A DNA stretch of 64,000 nucleotides from Thermodesulfobacteriota bacterium (lineage in GTDB: Bacteria > Desulfobacterota > Desulfobacteria > Desulfobacterales > Desulfatirhabdiaceae). The position numbers were made by a program, and so were the translations under genes. Where the stretch lies: positions 4,180 to 68,179 of the forward strand of contig JBFMBE010000002.1 of NCBI GenBank assembly GCA_040755275.1, given 5' to 3'. The notes below the pieces were generated by a model. It saw nothing but the letters and a program-made list of their open reading frames with translations. It made no database searches and was not told the DNA's origin. This document shows, piece after piece, positions 45,446 through 54,589 of the stretch; within the stretch, counting starts at the first letter, position 1; each line of letters starts with the position of its first letter.

Positions 45446-48400
45446 TCATCCGGCATCGCTCAACGCGTAGATCTGAGCGAAAATCTGATCGTTGTCGAAC
45501 CCTTTCAAGTGAATGGCTCCGGATCGGCAAGAAGCCACACACAGGCCGCATCCCTTGCACAGCACCGGATTGATCTCGGCTTTGCCCGGGAAAAACCTTG
45601 CCTTCTCGTCGATGAACGAAGGGGCCGAGTAAGGGCAGATCGAGACGCAGACACCGCAGGAACTGCACAGGGCCGGATTGACCTTGGCCACGTTTCCGCT
45701 GGTCAGGATCGTTTTGCGGGCAAGCAGCGTAACGGCACAGGAGGCGGCCGCTCTTGCCTGAGCGATGGATTCGTCGATGGGCTTTGGATAGTGGGCGAGA
45801 CCGCAGAGAAAGACCCCGTCGGTCGCGAATTCCGAAGGTCCCAGTTTGGCGTGTTTCTCGACGAAGAAACCGTCTTCGTTGAGCGGAACCTTGAAAAACT
45901 TGGCCAAGGCTTCGCTTTTCGGCGGAACGATGGCCGTAGCCAGCACCAACAGGTCAGCGTCGATCGTGATGGCCTGATTCAGGATTGGATCCAGGACGGT
46001 GACGAGTCTGCGGCCGTTTTCGACCTGAACGACCGGTTTGTTGTTGAGGCTATACCGGATAAAGATCACGCCTGCCTCCCGGGCCTCCTGGTAGAGGAGT
46101 TCCTTTTCGCCGTATGTCCGGATATCCCGATAGAGAATGAACACGCGGGAATCGGGGTTTTTCCGCTTGAGGTGAATGGCGTTGTCGATGGAGTGGGTGC
46201 AGCACACCCGGGAGCAGTACATGCGTTCGGGAATGCGGGAGCCTACACACTGGATGAAAACGGCCGTTTGAAGGGTTTCGAGCGCGGGGTCGTTGTCGAT
46301 GAGTTTGCGATCGAGTTCGAGGCTGGTCAGAATTCGAGGGTCCTGGCCGTAGCCGTACTCCGTTGGGACAAGGGTGGATGCCCCAGTGGCAATGATGGCT
46401 ACCCCATGTTCGAGCGTTTCTTCCGTTCCGCCTGAGGACTCGAGCCGGGTCTTGAAATTGCCCACGAACCCCTGAACGGAGGCAATGGTCGTGTTCAGAT
46501 AGACGGTGATCCGTGGATCGCATTCCACTTGGTGGATCATGTCGGTCAGTGCAGCCGAAATGTCTTCACCTCTTGCCGTGCGGTACAGGTTTCGGGCCTG
46601 ACCGCCCAGCTCGCCCGATTTCTCGACGATGTGGGTTGCATAGCCCTGGGAAGCGAGGCTCGATGCGGCAGCTATTCCGGCGATTCCACCACCGATGACG
46701 AGGGCCGTCTGGTTGACTTCGAGGGTGGCCTCTTCGAGCGGCTCCATCAGCGCCACCTTCTCGACAGCCATCCGGACCAGGTCCTTCGCCTTTTCGGTGG
46801 CCTCCGTCGGGTTCTGTCGATGTACCCAGGAATCGTGGTTTCGGATGTTGGTCATTTCGAAAAGATATTTGTTCAAACCGGCGGCCATCAGGGTTTCCTG
46901 AAAAAGCGGTTCGTGCGTCTTCGGGGTACAGGCGGCAACGACCACGCGGTTCAATCCTTTTTCACGGATCAGCTCGGCGATGGTGTTTTGGGTGTCCTGC
47001 GAGCAGGAATAGAGATTGTCCGTTGCGAATTCCACAAAGGGGAGGGTCTTCACATACTGCGTTACGGCAGGGACATCGACCACGCCAGCGATATTGATGC
47101 CGCACTTGCATACAAAAACACCGATGGCCGGTCGTTGGCCGATGACATTGGTCTGTGGGATGATCTCGGGCTTTTCCGTCAGGGAGTTGCGGCTTGCTGT
47201 CAGGATGGCGCCTGCAGATGCGGCTGCAGCGCCGGCATCGATGACGGTCTGAGGGATATCGCGAGGTCCCAGAAAGGCGCCGCAGGCGAAAATGCCTTTT
47301 CGGCTCGTTTCGACGGGTGCAAACGAGGTGCTGCTGCAGAAGGAACCGCTCGTGAGCTCGATGCCGAGGGTTTCGGCCAGATTTCGTGTTTCGAGGGATG
47401 TTTCCAGACCGATCGACAGAACGATCATGCTGAAGGTTTCGGTCTGGATGGCGCCGTCTTCCGTGATGTAGCGGACCTCGACGTCATCTTCCGGAGCTGG
47501 TGCGATGGTGTGGATGCGGCTTCGGATGAAGCGAACGCCCTGTTTGGTCTTGGCCGTTTCGTAGCAGCGCTCGAATTCCTTGCCGTGGGTGCGCATGTCC
47601 ATGAAGAAAACGGCGCAGTCGAGGTCATAGGGAGCATGTTCCTTGGCGATGACCGCTTCCTTGATGGCGTACATGCAGCAGACGCTTGAGCAATAGGGGT
47701 TCGAATCCTCCCGCACGTCTCGGGATCCGATGCATTGCAGCCAGGCGATGCTTTTGGGTTCCAGATGATCGGACGGCCGGACGAGGTGGCCTTCGAATGG
47801 ACCCGATGCACTCAGGATCCGCTCGAACTGCATGCTGGTGACGACGTTTTTGAGACGGCCGAAGCCGTACCGATCGAGATGGGTCGGATCGTAGGGATGG
47901 AAGCCGGGTGCCAGAATGACGGCACCGACAGCAACGACGTCGATGGATTCTGTTTGGGAAAAATCGACGGCACCTGCCGGGCAGAATTTTTCACAGGCAC
48001 GGCATTTGCCGTTCTTGAAGTAAATGCAGTGATCGGCATCGATGGCGTACTTGAGCGGAACGGCCTGAGGATAGAGGACATAGACCGCCTTGCGGTTGTC
48101 CAGCCCCTGGTTGAAAGCGTTGGGTATCTTCTTGGGACATTTTTCGGCGCACTTTCCGCAAGCGATGCATTTGGCGGTGTCGATGTAGCGGGGCCGATAC
48201 CGCAGTGTTACGCTGAAATTTCCGGCCTCGCCCGCAACGTTCTGGATAGCGCACAGGCTGTGGATACGGATATTCTTGTGCCGTCCGACCTCCACGAGCT
48301 TGGGCGAGAGGATGCACATCGAGCAGTCGTTTGTGGGAAAGGTCTTGTCGAGGGTGCTCATCACCCCGCCGATGGCGGGTTTGTTTTCGACCAGATGAAC

Positions 48401-48502
48401 CAGATATCCGGCATTGGCCAGATCCAGGGATGCCTGGATACCGCCGATGCCGCCGCCGACAACCAAGACGCTTCCGATAGGGGACTGCGGGGCTTCGACC
48501 AT
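45446..48502 (-). CDS. hdrA: giant double-module HdrA-like flavoprotein (copy 3)
   Basis: 1018 aa. The N-terminal third is very similar to copy 2 (MVEAPQSPIGSVLVVGGGIGGIQASLDLANAGYLVHLVENKPAIGGVMSTLDKTFPTNDCSMC...). Same motif set as copies 1 and 2. Confidence 0.92.
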   Translation of the reverse strand: MVEAPQSPIGSVLVVGGGIGGIQASLDLANAGYLVHLVENKPAIGGVMSTLDKTFPTNDCSMCILSPKLVEVGRHKNIRIHSLCAIQNVAGEAGNFSVTLRYRPRYIDTAKCIACGKCAEKCPKKIPNAFNQGLDNRKAVYVLYPQAVPLKYAIDADHCIYFKNGKCRACEKFCPAGAVDFSQTESIDVVAVGAVILAPGFHPYDPTHLDRYGFGRLKNVVTSMQFERILSASGPFEGHLVRPSDHLEPKSIAWLQCIGSRDVREDSNPYCSSVCCMYAIKEAVIAKEHAPYDLDCAVFFMDMRTHGKEFERCYETAKTKQGVRFIRSRIHTIAPAPEDDVEVRYITEDGAIQTETFSMIVLSIGLETSLETRNLAETLGIELTSGSFCSSTSFAPVETSRKGIFACGAFLGPRDIPQTVIDAGAAAASAGAILTASRNSLTEKPEIIPQTNVIGQRPAIGVFVCKCGINIAGVVDVPAVTQYVKTLPFVEFATDNLYSCSQDTQNTIAELIREKGLNRVVVAACTPKTHEPLFQETLMAAGLNKYLFEMTNIRNHDSWVHRQNPTEATEKAKDLVRMAVEKVALMEPLEEATLEVNQTALVIGGGIAGIAAASSLASQGYATHIVEKSGELGGQARNLYRTARGEDISAALTDMIHQVECDPRITVYLNTTIASVQGFVGNFKTRLESSGGTEETLEHGVAIIATGASTLVPTEYGYGQDPRILTSLELDRKLIDNDPALETLQTAVFIQCVGSRIPERMYCSRVCCTHSIDNAIHLKRKNPDSRVFILYRDIRTYGEKELLYQEAREAGVIFIRYSLNNKPVVQVENGRRLVTVLDPILNQAITIDADLLVLATAIVPPKSEALAKFFKVPLNEDGFFVEKHAKLGPSEFATDGVFLCGLAHYPKPIDESIAQARAAASCAVTLLARKTILTSGNVAKVNPALCSSCGVCVSICPYSAPSFIDEKARFFPGKAEINPVLCKGCGLCVASCRSGAIHLKGFDNDQIFAQIYALSDAG

Positions 48503-48686
48503 AAGGGTTCCTTTCCAAAAAAATCAGGGGTTGGGATTCAGAAGTCAGATGTTTGAAGACAGAAGTCAGAACGACAATGGATATATCCATATAAACCGGA
48601 AACCCGTCTTGCACATGAATCGTGGAAATACATGGCTGTAAGGCCCCCTGTGGCCTATCGATGGGTTGTTCGTGACTTCGTCATCT

Positions 48687-48821
48687 GTGATGGCCTCGCA
48701 ACAATTCAGGCAGTCTTCGTCGAGCCTCGGGGTGACCGGGGAACCTTTCTTGCTGCTGCGAAAAAACTCAGCCACCCCGCGACTCGACAGAGACTTCCTG
48801 ACTTTTTGCGAGGCCATCATC
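48687..48821. repeat. interspersed repeat (two inverted GATGGCCTCGCAA termini flanking Y-type core)
   Basis: GTGATGGCCTCGCAACAATTCAGG...CTGCTGCGAAAAAACTCAGCCACCCCGCGACTCGACAGAGACTTCCTGACTTTTTGCGAGGCCATCATC. Lies between the hdrD-like gene and hdrA copy 3. Confidence 0.85.
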
Positions 48822-48831
48822 TATTATCAGG

Positions 48832-50139
48832 TCAATATCCCGGAAGATTCACTTCCTTGAGGTCGTCGGCGAGATAGGTGCGCTCGTTTTCGGCCAAGAT
48901 GCCCAACGACAGGGCGATGATCGTCCAGAGATGCACGGTGCGGTATTTCCCGTGGCCATAATGTTCGCCGAGCTCGTGAATCTGGGCATGGCAGTTGTGA
49001 CAGGGTGTGACGACATAGGAAGCGCCGGTTTTCATGATCTGTTCGTGTTTAAGCCTTCCGTAATGCAGCCTCGCTTCCTTGTATCCGTTCTGTAAATATC
49101 CACCCCCTCCGCCGCAGCAATAGTTGTTGCTCTTGTTGGGATAGGTATCGATGAAGTTTTCTTCGCCTACACAGGCGACGGTGACAAAGCGCAGATCGTC
49201 CGCGAGGGCGTCTCCCCAACCTTTGCGGATCTGATTACAGGGGTCCTGTACCGTGAACTTCACTTTCAAATCCTTGTTCCAGTCGGAGTTCACCTTGAGC
49301 TTTCCTTCCCGAATCCACCTGGCGTAGTACTGAACCATCGGTGCGATTTCGAGTCCGGTGTCGATCTTGTGTTTCTGGGCCCCTTTCCATACAGAAAACG
49401 TCGAATGGCCGCATTCGGTGTTGAGGTATACCTTGCATCCAAGGCTTTTAGCGGTCTGCAGGGTCAAGTTCGTGATCCGCTTCCATCCTTCGTCGTCCGC
49501 CAGGAACATGCAGTAGTTTTCACCCCCCCATCCGGTGCAGCTGTAAGTCCAATCGGCGCCGACGATATGCAGAATCTTCCACAGCGGTACCATTTCCTCC
49601 GGTTCGGTGACGGGTTCGCGGGAGTTCTGGCTCAGGAAGAAATGGGCGCCCTGCTTGTCGATCGGTGCCTGAAGATCTTCCCATCCAGGCTGATTGGCAC
49701 GCACCTCTTCGAGCATGTCCTGAACGACGAAGCGGAAATCCTCTTCTGGGGTTCCCATGGCGCTGCAACTATCGTTTCGGAGAGCCATGTCGCAGGAGCC
49801 TAAAATTCCTTTCGGACGCTTTTCCCGAGGCCAAAGCTTACGAGCTTCGTAAATGAGGGCCGCGATATCGATTTTCATGGGGCAGGCATGGGTGCAGCGA
49901 TAACACATGCTGCACAACCATACCCAGGGGTGTTCAGTGATTTCCTCATCAAGCCCCAGGACCGCCAGGCGCAGGAATTTCCGGGGGTCCATGTTCTCGA
50001 GGCCCGATGCCGGGCAGCCCGACGAGCAGGCGCCGCAGGTGAGACATAAATTCAGGTTGGCGTTCGGGACAATTTCCTTGACCCGGTCGATGAAGGTCGA
50101 AGTCTGTTCTCTGGGAATTCGAACGGTGTTTTCCGACAT
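48832..50139 (-). CDS. HdrD-like Fe-S oxidoreductase (2x[4Fe-4S] ferredoxin domain + two CCG domains; HdrC-HdrB fusion type), no TM
   Basis: 435 aa. CLTCGACSSGCP and CSMCYRCTHACP motifs. CCG-domain signatures (NNYCCGGGGG, TPCHNCH). SD AGGAGAA upstream of ATG 50139. Confidence 0.9.
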   Translation of the reverse strand: MSENTVRIPREQTSTFIDRVKEIVPNANLNLCLTCGACSSGCPASGLENMDPRKFLRLAVLGLDEEITEHPWVWLCSMCYRCTHACPMKIDIAALIYEARKLWPREKRPKGILGSCDMALRNDSCSAMGTPEEDFRFVVQDMLEEVRANQPGWEDLQAPIDKQGAHFFLSQNSREPVTEPEEMVPLWKILHIVGADWTYSCTGWGGENYCMFLADDEGWKRITNLTLQTAKSLGCKVYLNTECGHSTFSVWKGAQKHKIDTGLEIAPMVQYYARWIREGKLKVNSDWNKDLKVKFTVQDPCNQIRKGWGDALADDLRFVTVACVGEENFIDTYPNKSNNYCCGGGGGYLQNGYKEARLHYGRLKHEQIMKTGASYVVTPCHNCHAQIHELGEHYGHGKYRTVHLWTIIALSLGILAENERTYLADDLKEVNLPGY

Positions 50140-50153
50140 CTGGTTCTCCTTCT

Positions 50154-50699
50154 CTATAGGGGGGAATGATCGCAGGAATGCGTTTCGGTTTCGTGAATCG
50201 GGTAAGCGTCGCTTCGTTCGATGAGACCGCGAAAGACCATGCGAAGGTATTTTTCTTCGATGGGGGGAAAGTCCTCAGGGGGATCGGTCATGAAGGCTTC
50301 GGACTGATCGAATGAGGAATCTTCCGACGACAGGAGTGGTTCCGGTATCTCGATGGGAACGGAACGACTCTTCCATAGGATCGGTTGCAGCCGTTTTTTG
50401 TTGATGAGCCATCGGTCGCATTCGTCATGGGTACCGATGAAGGCGATGTGAAGACAATCCTCTTGCCGAAGGGTGATGAGGCGATAGCCGCAACCGAGGT
50501 CATACTTGAGGCAGTTTTTCAGGCGCTGCTCACCGCTTTTGGTCGCTTCGTGGAGGCAGTCGGGAATGCGGCGCTCCTGAATCAGTCTGGCAATGATTTC
50601 GTCGGCTTCCCGAGCGGCGATCTGGGCTTTGCGGTTTCCCTTGCGGAGGGTATCGAGCTGTTTTTCAAATAAGGGGTCGCGATGAATCAGACGGATCAA
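50154..50699 (-). CDS. hypothetical protein with RelE/ParE-toxin-like N-terminal domain and acidic/proline-rich C-terminal extension
   Basis: 181-aa ORF with a TTG start and an AGAGGA SD. The N-terminal ~100 aa fit the RelE/ParE pattern by eye (FEKQLDTLRK...KNCLKYDLGCGYRLITLRQEDCLHIAFIGTHDECDRW). The stop lies 14 nt before the hdrD-like start. Confidence 0.5.
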   Translation of the reverse strand: MIRLIHRDPLFEKQLDTLRKGNRKAQIAAREADEIIARLIQERRIPDCLHEATKSGEQRLKNCLKYDLGCGYRLITLRQEDCLHIAFIGTHDECDRWLINKKRLQPILWKSRSVPIEIPEPLLSSEDSSFDQSEAFMTDPPEDFPPIEEKYLRMVFRGLIERSDAYPIHETETHSCDHSPL

Positions 50700-50784
50700 G
50701 ATGCGGTTCCTCTTCGGTCGAATGTCGTTTCATGAAATTCGATGAGGGCGCTTGTCACCGTTGGGGAAAAGCGCTGACAAGGGC

Positions 50785-50799
50785 GCAATGCGCCTTCCA
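50785..50799 (-). promoter_or_regulatory. weak sigma-54-like element (TGGAAG-N5-TTGC) within a near-palindrome GGCGCAATGCGCC
   Basis: The minus strand reads tggaaggcgcattgc. GG and GC are correctly spaced, about 90 nt upstream of the 50699 start. Only a partial match to consensus. Confidence 0.2.
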
Positions 50800-51234
50800 G
50801 CGGCTTGAAGATGGAGAATCAATGAAGAAGGTTGGGAAGGACGGAAGGAAAACGGGTCAAAACGATCGGTCCGTTCGACTTACTGCTGGGTCTTCGGTCT
50901 TTTCCCAAGTCCACCGGCCCGGGTGGCCATCCTCAAGCCGTCTCAGGTAAAACCGAAGTTGTATGGGGGGAAGCTGGTGATCATTGTCAACCTGTTGGAA
51001 ATATCCGCTAAACGAAACCCAGATGGAGCCGGATGGGCGGTATTGTCCTGGCTTTTGGCTTGGATGCCAGGCACCATCCCACCGCGTACCCGATACCATC
51101 CAGAATGCGCTTTTCCTACATCACGAAATCAGGTTTGTCAATCGTTTCATATGGATATGCAAATAACGCATAGACGATGCAAATAGATAGGTATTCGGAA
51201 TATCCGGGATTCGTCGGTTTCAAATTCATGCAGG

Positions 51235-51300
51235 GATGATGGCCCCGCAAAAAGGCCGGATGCTGCACGAGGTAGTATTCATTCGTTTCGCAAAGCCGTC
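51235..51300. repeat. short copy of repeat module W
   Basis: GATGATGGCCCCGCAAAAAGGCCGGATGCTGCACGAGG...TTCGCAAAGCCGTC. Compare 8731-8765 and the W termini. Confidence 0.65.
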
Positions 51301-51335
51301 TCAGGAATGTCTACCGAGACCGCTCACTGTCTCGA

Positions 51336-53312
51336 TCATCTCCGATCGAGCACATCACGGATTCTGGCCGCCAGGGAGTGCAGGGTGAACGGCTTCTGGA
51401 TGAGGGCGGCCTCTTCAGTGAGAATGCCGTGTCTACGGATGGTTTCTTCAGGGTGACCGCTCATGTAAAGGATGCGGATGCCCGGATGCAGACTTGCAAC
51501 GTGCTCGTACAGCCGATTTCCGCTCATCTCGGGCATGATGACATCGGTGAGCAGCAAATCGATGGTTGCTTCGGAGCGGGCCAGATCCAGGCAGCTTTCG
51601 GGGCTGGATGCACTCAGCACGCGGTAGCCCAGCCGGGTAATGAGGTTGGCGGCGAATTCTCGAACGAATTCGTTATCTTCCGCAAGCAGGATCGTCTCTG
51701 TTCCCCCAATCAGGGTGTCCACCTCGTCACCGTCAACGGATTCCGAAGGGATCGGTTGTTTTGCGGGGGCTGCCACAGGCCAGTCGATATCGAAAATCGT
51801 ACCCTTACCAACCTCGCTTCGCACCCGAATCCGTCCTCCATGCTGGGTGACAATGCCGTATACCATGGCCAGCCCCAGCCCCGTTCCTTTTCCCATTTCC
51901 TTTGTCGTGAAAAACGGATCGAAGATGCGGGCGCAGGTTTCGGCATCCATTCCCATTCCGGTGTCGCATACCGTCATGCGAACCGCCTGCTTGCCGATGA
52001 GGCTTTCTGTCGGGAGGAAATCTGTTTCGGTGGGATCGGCCAGATGGGTTCGTAAGATGAGGGTGCCGCCCTGCGGCATGGCATCCTGGGCATTGACGGC
52101 TAAATTCATGATGACCTGTTCCACCTGGCCTGGATCCGCCAGAATTCGGGGGATGGAATCGTTCAGATCCGTGATGATTCGGATATCTTCCCGGAGGGAA
52201 CGGGCGATCAGATCGATGAAATCCCGGATGATTCGATTCAGGTTGACCGGATGGATGTCGAGCTGCTGGTTCATTCCGAAAGCCATGAGCCGCCGCACGA
52301 GGTCCTTGGCCTTTTCGGAGGTTTCCATAAATTTCCGGACATACCGCCTGGTTCTCTCTTCCAAGGCGGGATCCAGAAGCAGCAACTCGCAATAGCCCAT
52401 CATCGGCTGCAGGAGGTTGTTGAGATCGTGAGCGATGCCTCCGGCCAGAAGGCCCACGGATTCCATCTTCTGCGATCGATGAAGCTGTTCGCGATAGGTT
52501 TCCCGTTCCTGTTCGATCCGTTTCCGTTCGGTGATATCGATGACTGCAATGAGGCCGGCCGGTTCGCCTTGATAATGAATGGTGACCCCGGTCAAAAGCA
52601 CCCATTTGAGGATGCCGTTCTTGTCGATGATTCGGAATTCATAAGCGTTCTGTGGATTTTCGCCTCGCTGTCGGGCCTTGCCCCTTGTGATGACCATGTC
52701 TCGATCTTCCGGGTGAACCATATCCCAGAAGGTGCTTCCGACGAGTTCCTCCAGCCGGTATCCGCTGATGCGCTCGGCCGCCGGATTGGCATAGACCCAG
52801 CAGTCGTTTTGGTAAATGAGGATGCCGAAGGGACAGGCTTCGGCTAGTGTCCGGAATTTCAGCTCACTTTCCTTGAGCCGTTCTTCAGCAGCCAGAATTT
52901 TGGTGATGTCCCGGATCATGCCCGAAACACCGTCCGGCTCCCCGTTTTCGTCGTAAATGAGTCTTGCGTTGATGGAGACCGGGATGATCGTCCCGTCCTT
53001 GCGTCTCAAGCGGGTGATGAAATTGTCCGTGAAGCCGTCCCGCCGCAGGGTGCTCAGGATCCGATCCCTTTCCTTCGGATTGACGTAGACATACCGGACC
53101 GGCATTCCGATCAATTCCTCCGGTTTCCATCCGGTGAGCCGATAACAGGAAGGGGAGAGGACGCGGATCCGCTCTTCGGAATCGATTTCGTAGTACAGGT
53201 CTTCTAGGGACTCGAAAATCCGACGGTATCGGTAATCGGAAAACCCATCCGGATGGTCTTCCGGGCTGCCGCCATCTCGAGATGTCGTGTTGGGAGTGAG
53301 GCCTTCGTTCAT
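51336..53312 (-). CDS. PAS-PAS hybrid sensor histidine kinase with C-terminal receiver
   Basis: 658 aa. Two PAS-like regions, HisKA H-box (GGIAHDLNNLLQPMMGY), HATPase_c (G-boxes DTGMGM, GTGLGLAMV) and a REC domain (LLAEDNEFVRE...DLLLTDVIMPEMSG). Confidence 0.92.
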   Translation of the reverse strand: MNEGLTPNTTSRDGGSPEDHPDGFSDYRYRRIFESLEDLYYEIDSEERIRVLSPSCYRLTGWKPEELIGMPVRYVYVNPKERDRILSTLRRDGFTDNFITRLRRKDGTIIPVSINARLIYDENGEPDGVSGMIRDITKILAAEERLKESELKFRTLAEACPFGILIYQNDCWVYANPAAERISGYRLEELVGSTFWDMVHPEDRDMVITRGKARQRGENPQNAYEFRIIDKNGILKWVLLTGVTIHYQGEPAGLIAVIDITERKRIEQERETYREQLHRSQKMESVGLLAGGIAHDLNNLLQPMMGYCELLLLDPALEERTRRYVRKFMETSEKAKDLVRRLMAFGMNQQLDIHPVNLNRIIRDFIDLIARSLREDIRIITDLNDSIPRILADPGQVEQVIMNLAVNAQDAMPQGGTLILRTHLADPTETDFLPTESLIGKQAVRMTVCDTGMGMDAETCARIFDPFFTTKEMGKGTGLGLAMVYGIVTQHGGRIRVRSEVGKGTIFDIDWPVAAPAKQPIPSESVDGDEVDTLIGGTETILLAEDNEFVREFAANLITRLGYRVLSASSPESCLDLARSEATIDLLLTDVIMPEMSGNRLYEHVASLHPGIRILYMSGHPEETIRRHGILTEEAALIQKPFTLHSLAARIRDVLDRR

Positions 53313-53480
53313 ATCCTTCTCTGCGCGTTCTTGCCGGTCTACTCAATGTACATGCAGCAGTCGGCCTTTTTCAGGACGGCTTCTAACGGAAGTGGGTTCA
53401 ATGCACCGAAGCGGACGAGCTTCACGCATTTTCGTTCGAAAAACACTGCCTGATATTCCAACAACCCCTCGTTTTTGTTT

Positions 53481-53598
53481 GGACCATCCGCCCGATCCTA
53501 CGGAGCTTGGGCTGCTGAGTGTTTCCGATGCTGAGCGAAATTCACCCGCCCTCCTGCAGGCAAAAAGAGGGTGTCTGACGATTGGCGAGACCATCATG
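53481..53598. repeat. interspersed repeat, degenerate Z-type module
   Basis: GGACCATCCGCCCGATCCTACGGAGC...GCTGAGCGAAATTCACCCGCCCTCCTGCAGG...GGCGAGACCATCATGG. This is the inverse of 23221-23305 by eye. Confidence 0.65.
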
Positions 53599-53603
53599 GA
53601 TTC

Positions 53604-54224
53604 CTACTCGATGATCGGATGTTCCGTCCAGCGTTCGATGGCATGGATCAACTGATCGAGGGAAACCACCCCGAGGACGATGACGAGATAGCCTTCTACG
53701 GCATTTCCCTGAAGCCGGAAATTGGTGGAAACGGTGAGCGCGTAGCGCAGCTCTTCCTGACCGACGACGAGGGTACCCATCATCGCTTCGAGGTCTTCCA
53801 CGAACAGCCGCGGCACGGAAAAGGATACATGAACCTTGAGTAGGTTGCCGAACATGCCCAGGCAGGCATTCAAGAGAATGTTGCCGATTTCCGTCAGCAC
53901 TTCCCGGCCCGTTGCATCCACCCGAATGCCCGGGCGTTCCTGCCCGGTCAGCAGGTTCACCAGCATGGAAGCCCCATCGGCATTCAGGACGAGCATGGCA
54001 TCACCTGCGAGGGTTCCGGTAAAGATCTGGTGAACGGTGGCGACTTCCCCCTGAATGAAGGCCCCCAATTTTCGGCTCATGTCTTCGATGGGGATGATGT
54101 CGACCTTGGGTACGTCCAGAAGGACCCGGTGTCCGGTCAAATCGGAGAGGGAGGCCGCCGTCTTGGAGAAGGCGATGTTGATCAGTTCGGTCAGGGCATC
54201 CTGTTGTTCCTGGGTTAGAATCAT
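53604..54224 (-). CDS. cheC: CheC/CheX-family CheY-P phosphatase
   Basis: 206 aa. D-x3-E-x2-N motif at DALTELIN and a second variant at EVLTEIGN. ATGA overlap with the upstream cheY. Confidence 0.8.
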   Translation of the reverse strand: MILTQEQQDALTELINIAFSKTAASLSDLTGHRVLLDVPKVDIIPIEDMSRKLGAFIQGEVATVHQIFTGTLAGDAMLVLNADGASMLVNLLTGQERPGIRVDATGREVLTEIGNILLNACLGMFGNLLKVHVSFSVPRLFVEDLEAMMGTLVVGQEELRYALTVSTNFRLQGNAVEGYLVIVLGVVSLDQLIHAIERWTEHPIIE

Positions 54225-54589
54225 GATGGATCTCCTTGCAGGGCGTTTCGCACCGCTTCCAGAACCTGTCGGGTATTGAACGGCTTGTTGACGAAGGCCC
54301 TGGCCCCTGCCTCCATGACGAGGGCCCGGGTGGCATCCTGAATGTCCGCAGATGCGACGACCACCCGTGCCTTCGGGTCGATCTGGCGGATGCGGGTGAG
54401 AACATCGATACCGTGCATGCCTTCCATGGTCAGATCGAGGGTGACCAAGTCGGGCTTTTCCAGGAAATAGCGTTCGATACCGCTCATTCCGTCCGTCGCT
54501 TCGCAGACTTCATGGCCGTCCGATTCGAGAATGGCGCGCATCATCCTTCTGGAAAGCATCGAGTCGTCTACAATGAGGATTTTGGCCAT
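54221..54589 (-). CDS. cheY: single-domain CheY-like response regulator
   Basis: ATG 54589 (MAKILIVDDSMLSRRMM...DLVTLDLTMEGMHG...K) lies within track ORF 54221..54622. Confidence 0.9.
   Translation of the reverse strand: MAKILIVDDSMLSRRMMRAILESDGHEVCEATDGMSGIERYFLEKPDLVTLDLTMEGMHGIDVLTRIRQIDPKARVVVASADIQDATRALVMEAGARAFVNKPFNTRQVLEAVRNALQGDPS

Noticed and set aside
50700-51335. ORFs of 72-87 aa in the 636-bp spacer between the kinase gene and the RelE-like gene, for example 50857..51099 on the minus strand with ...GSIWVSFSGYFQQV....
   Set aside because: There are no start-site signals or recognisable domains. A faint resemblance to integrase arm-binding N-termini is too weak to report.
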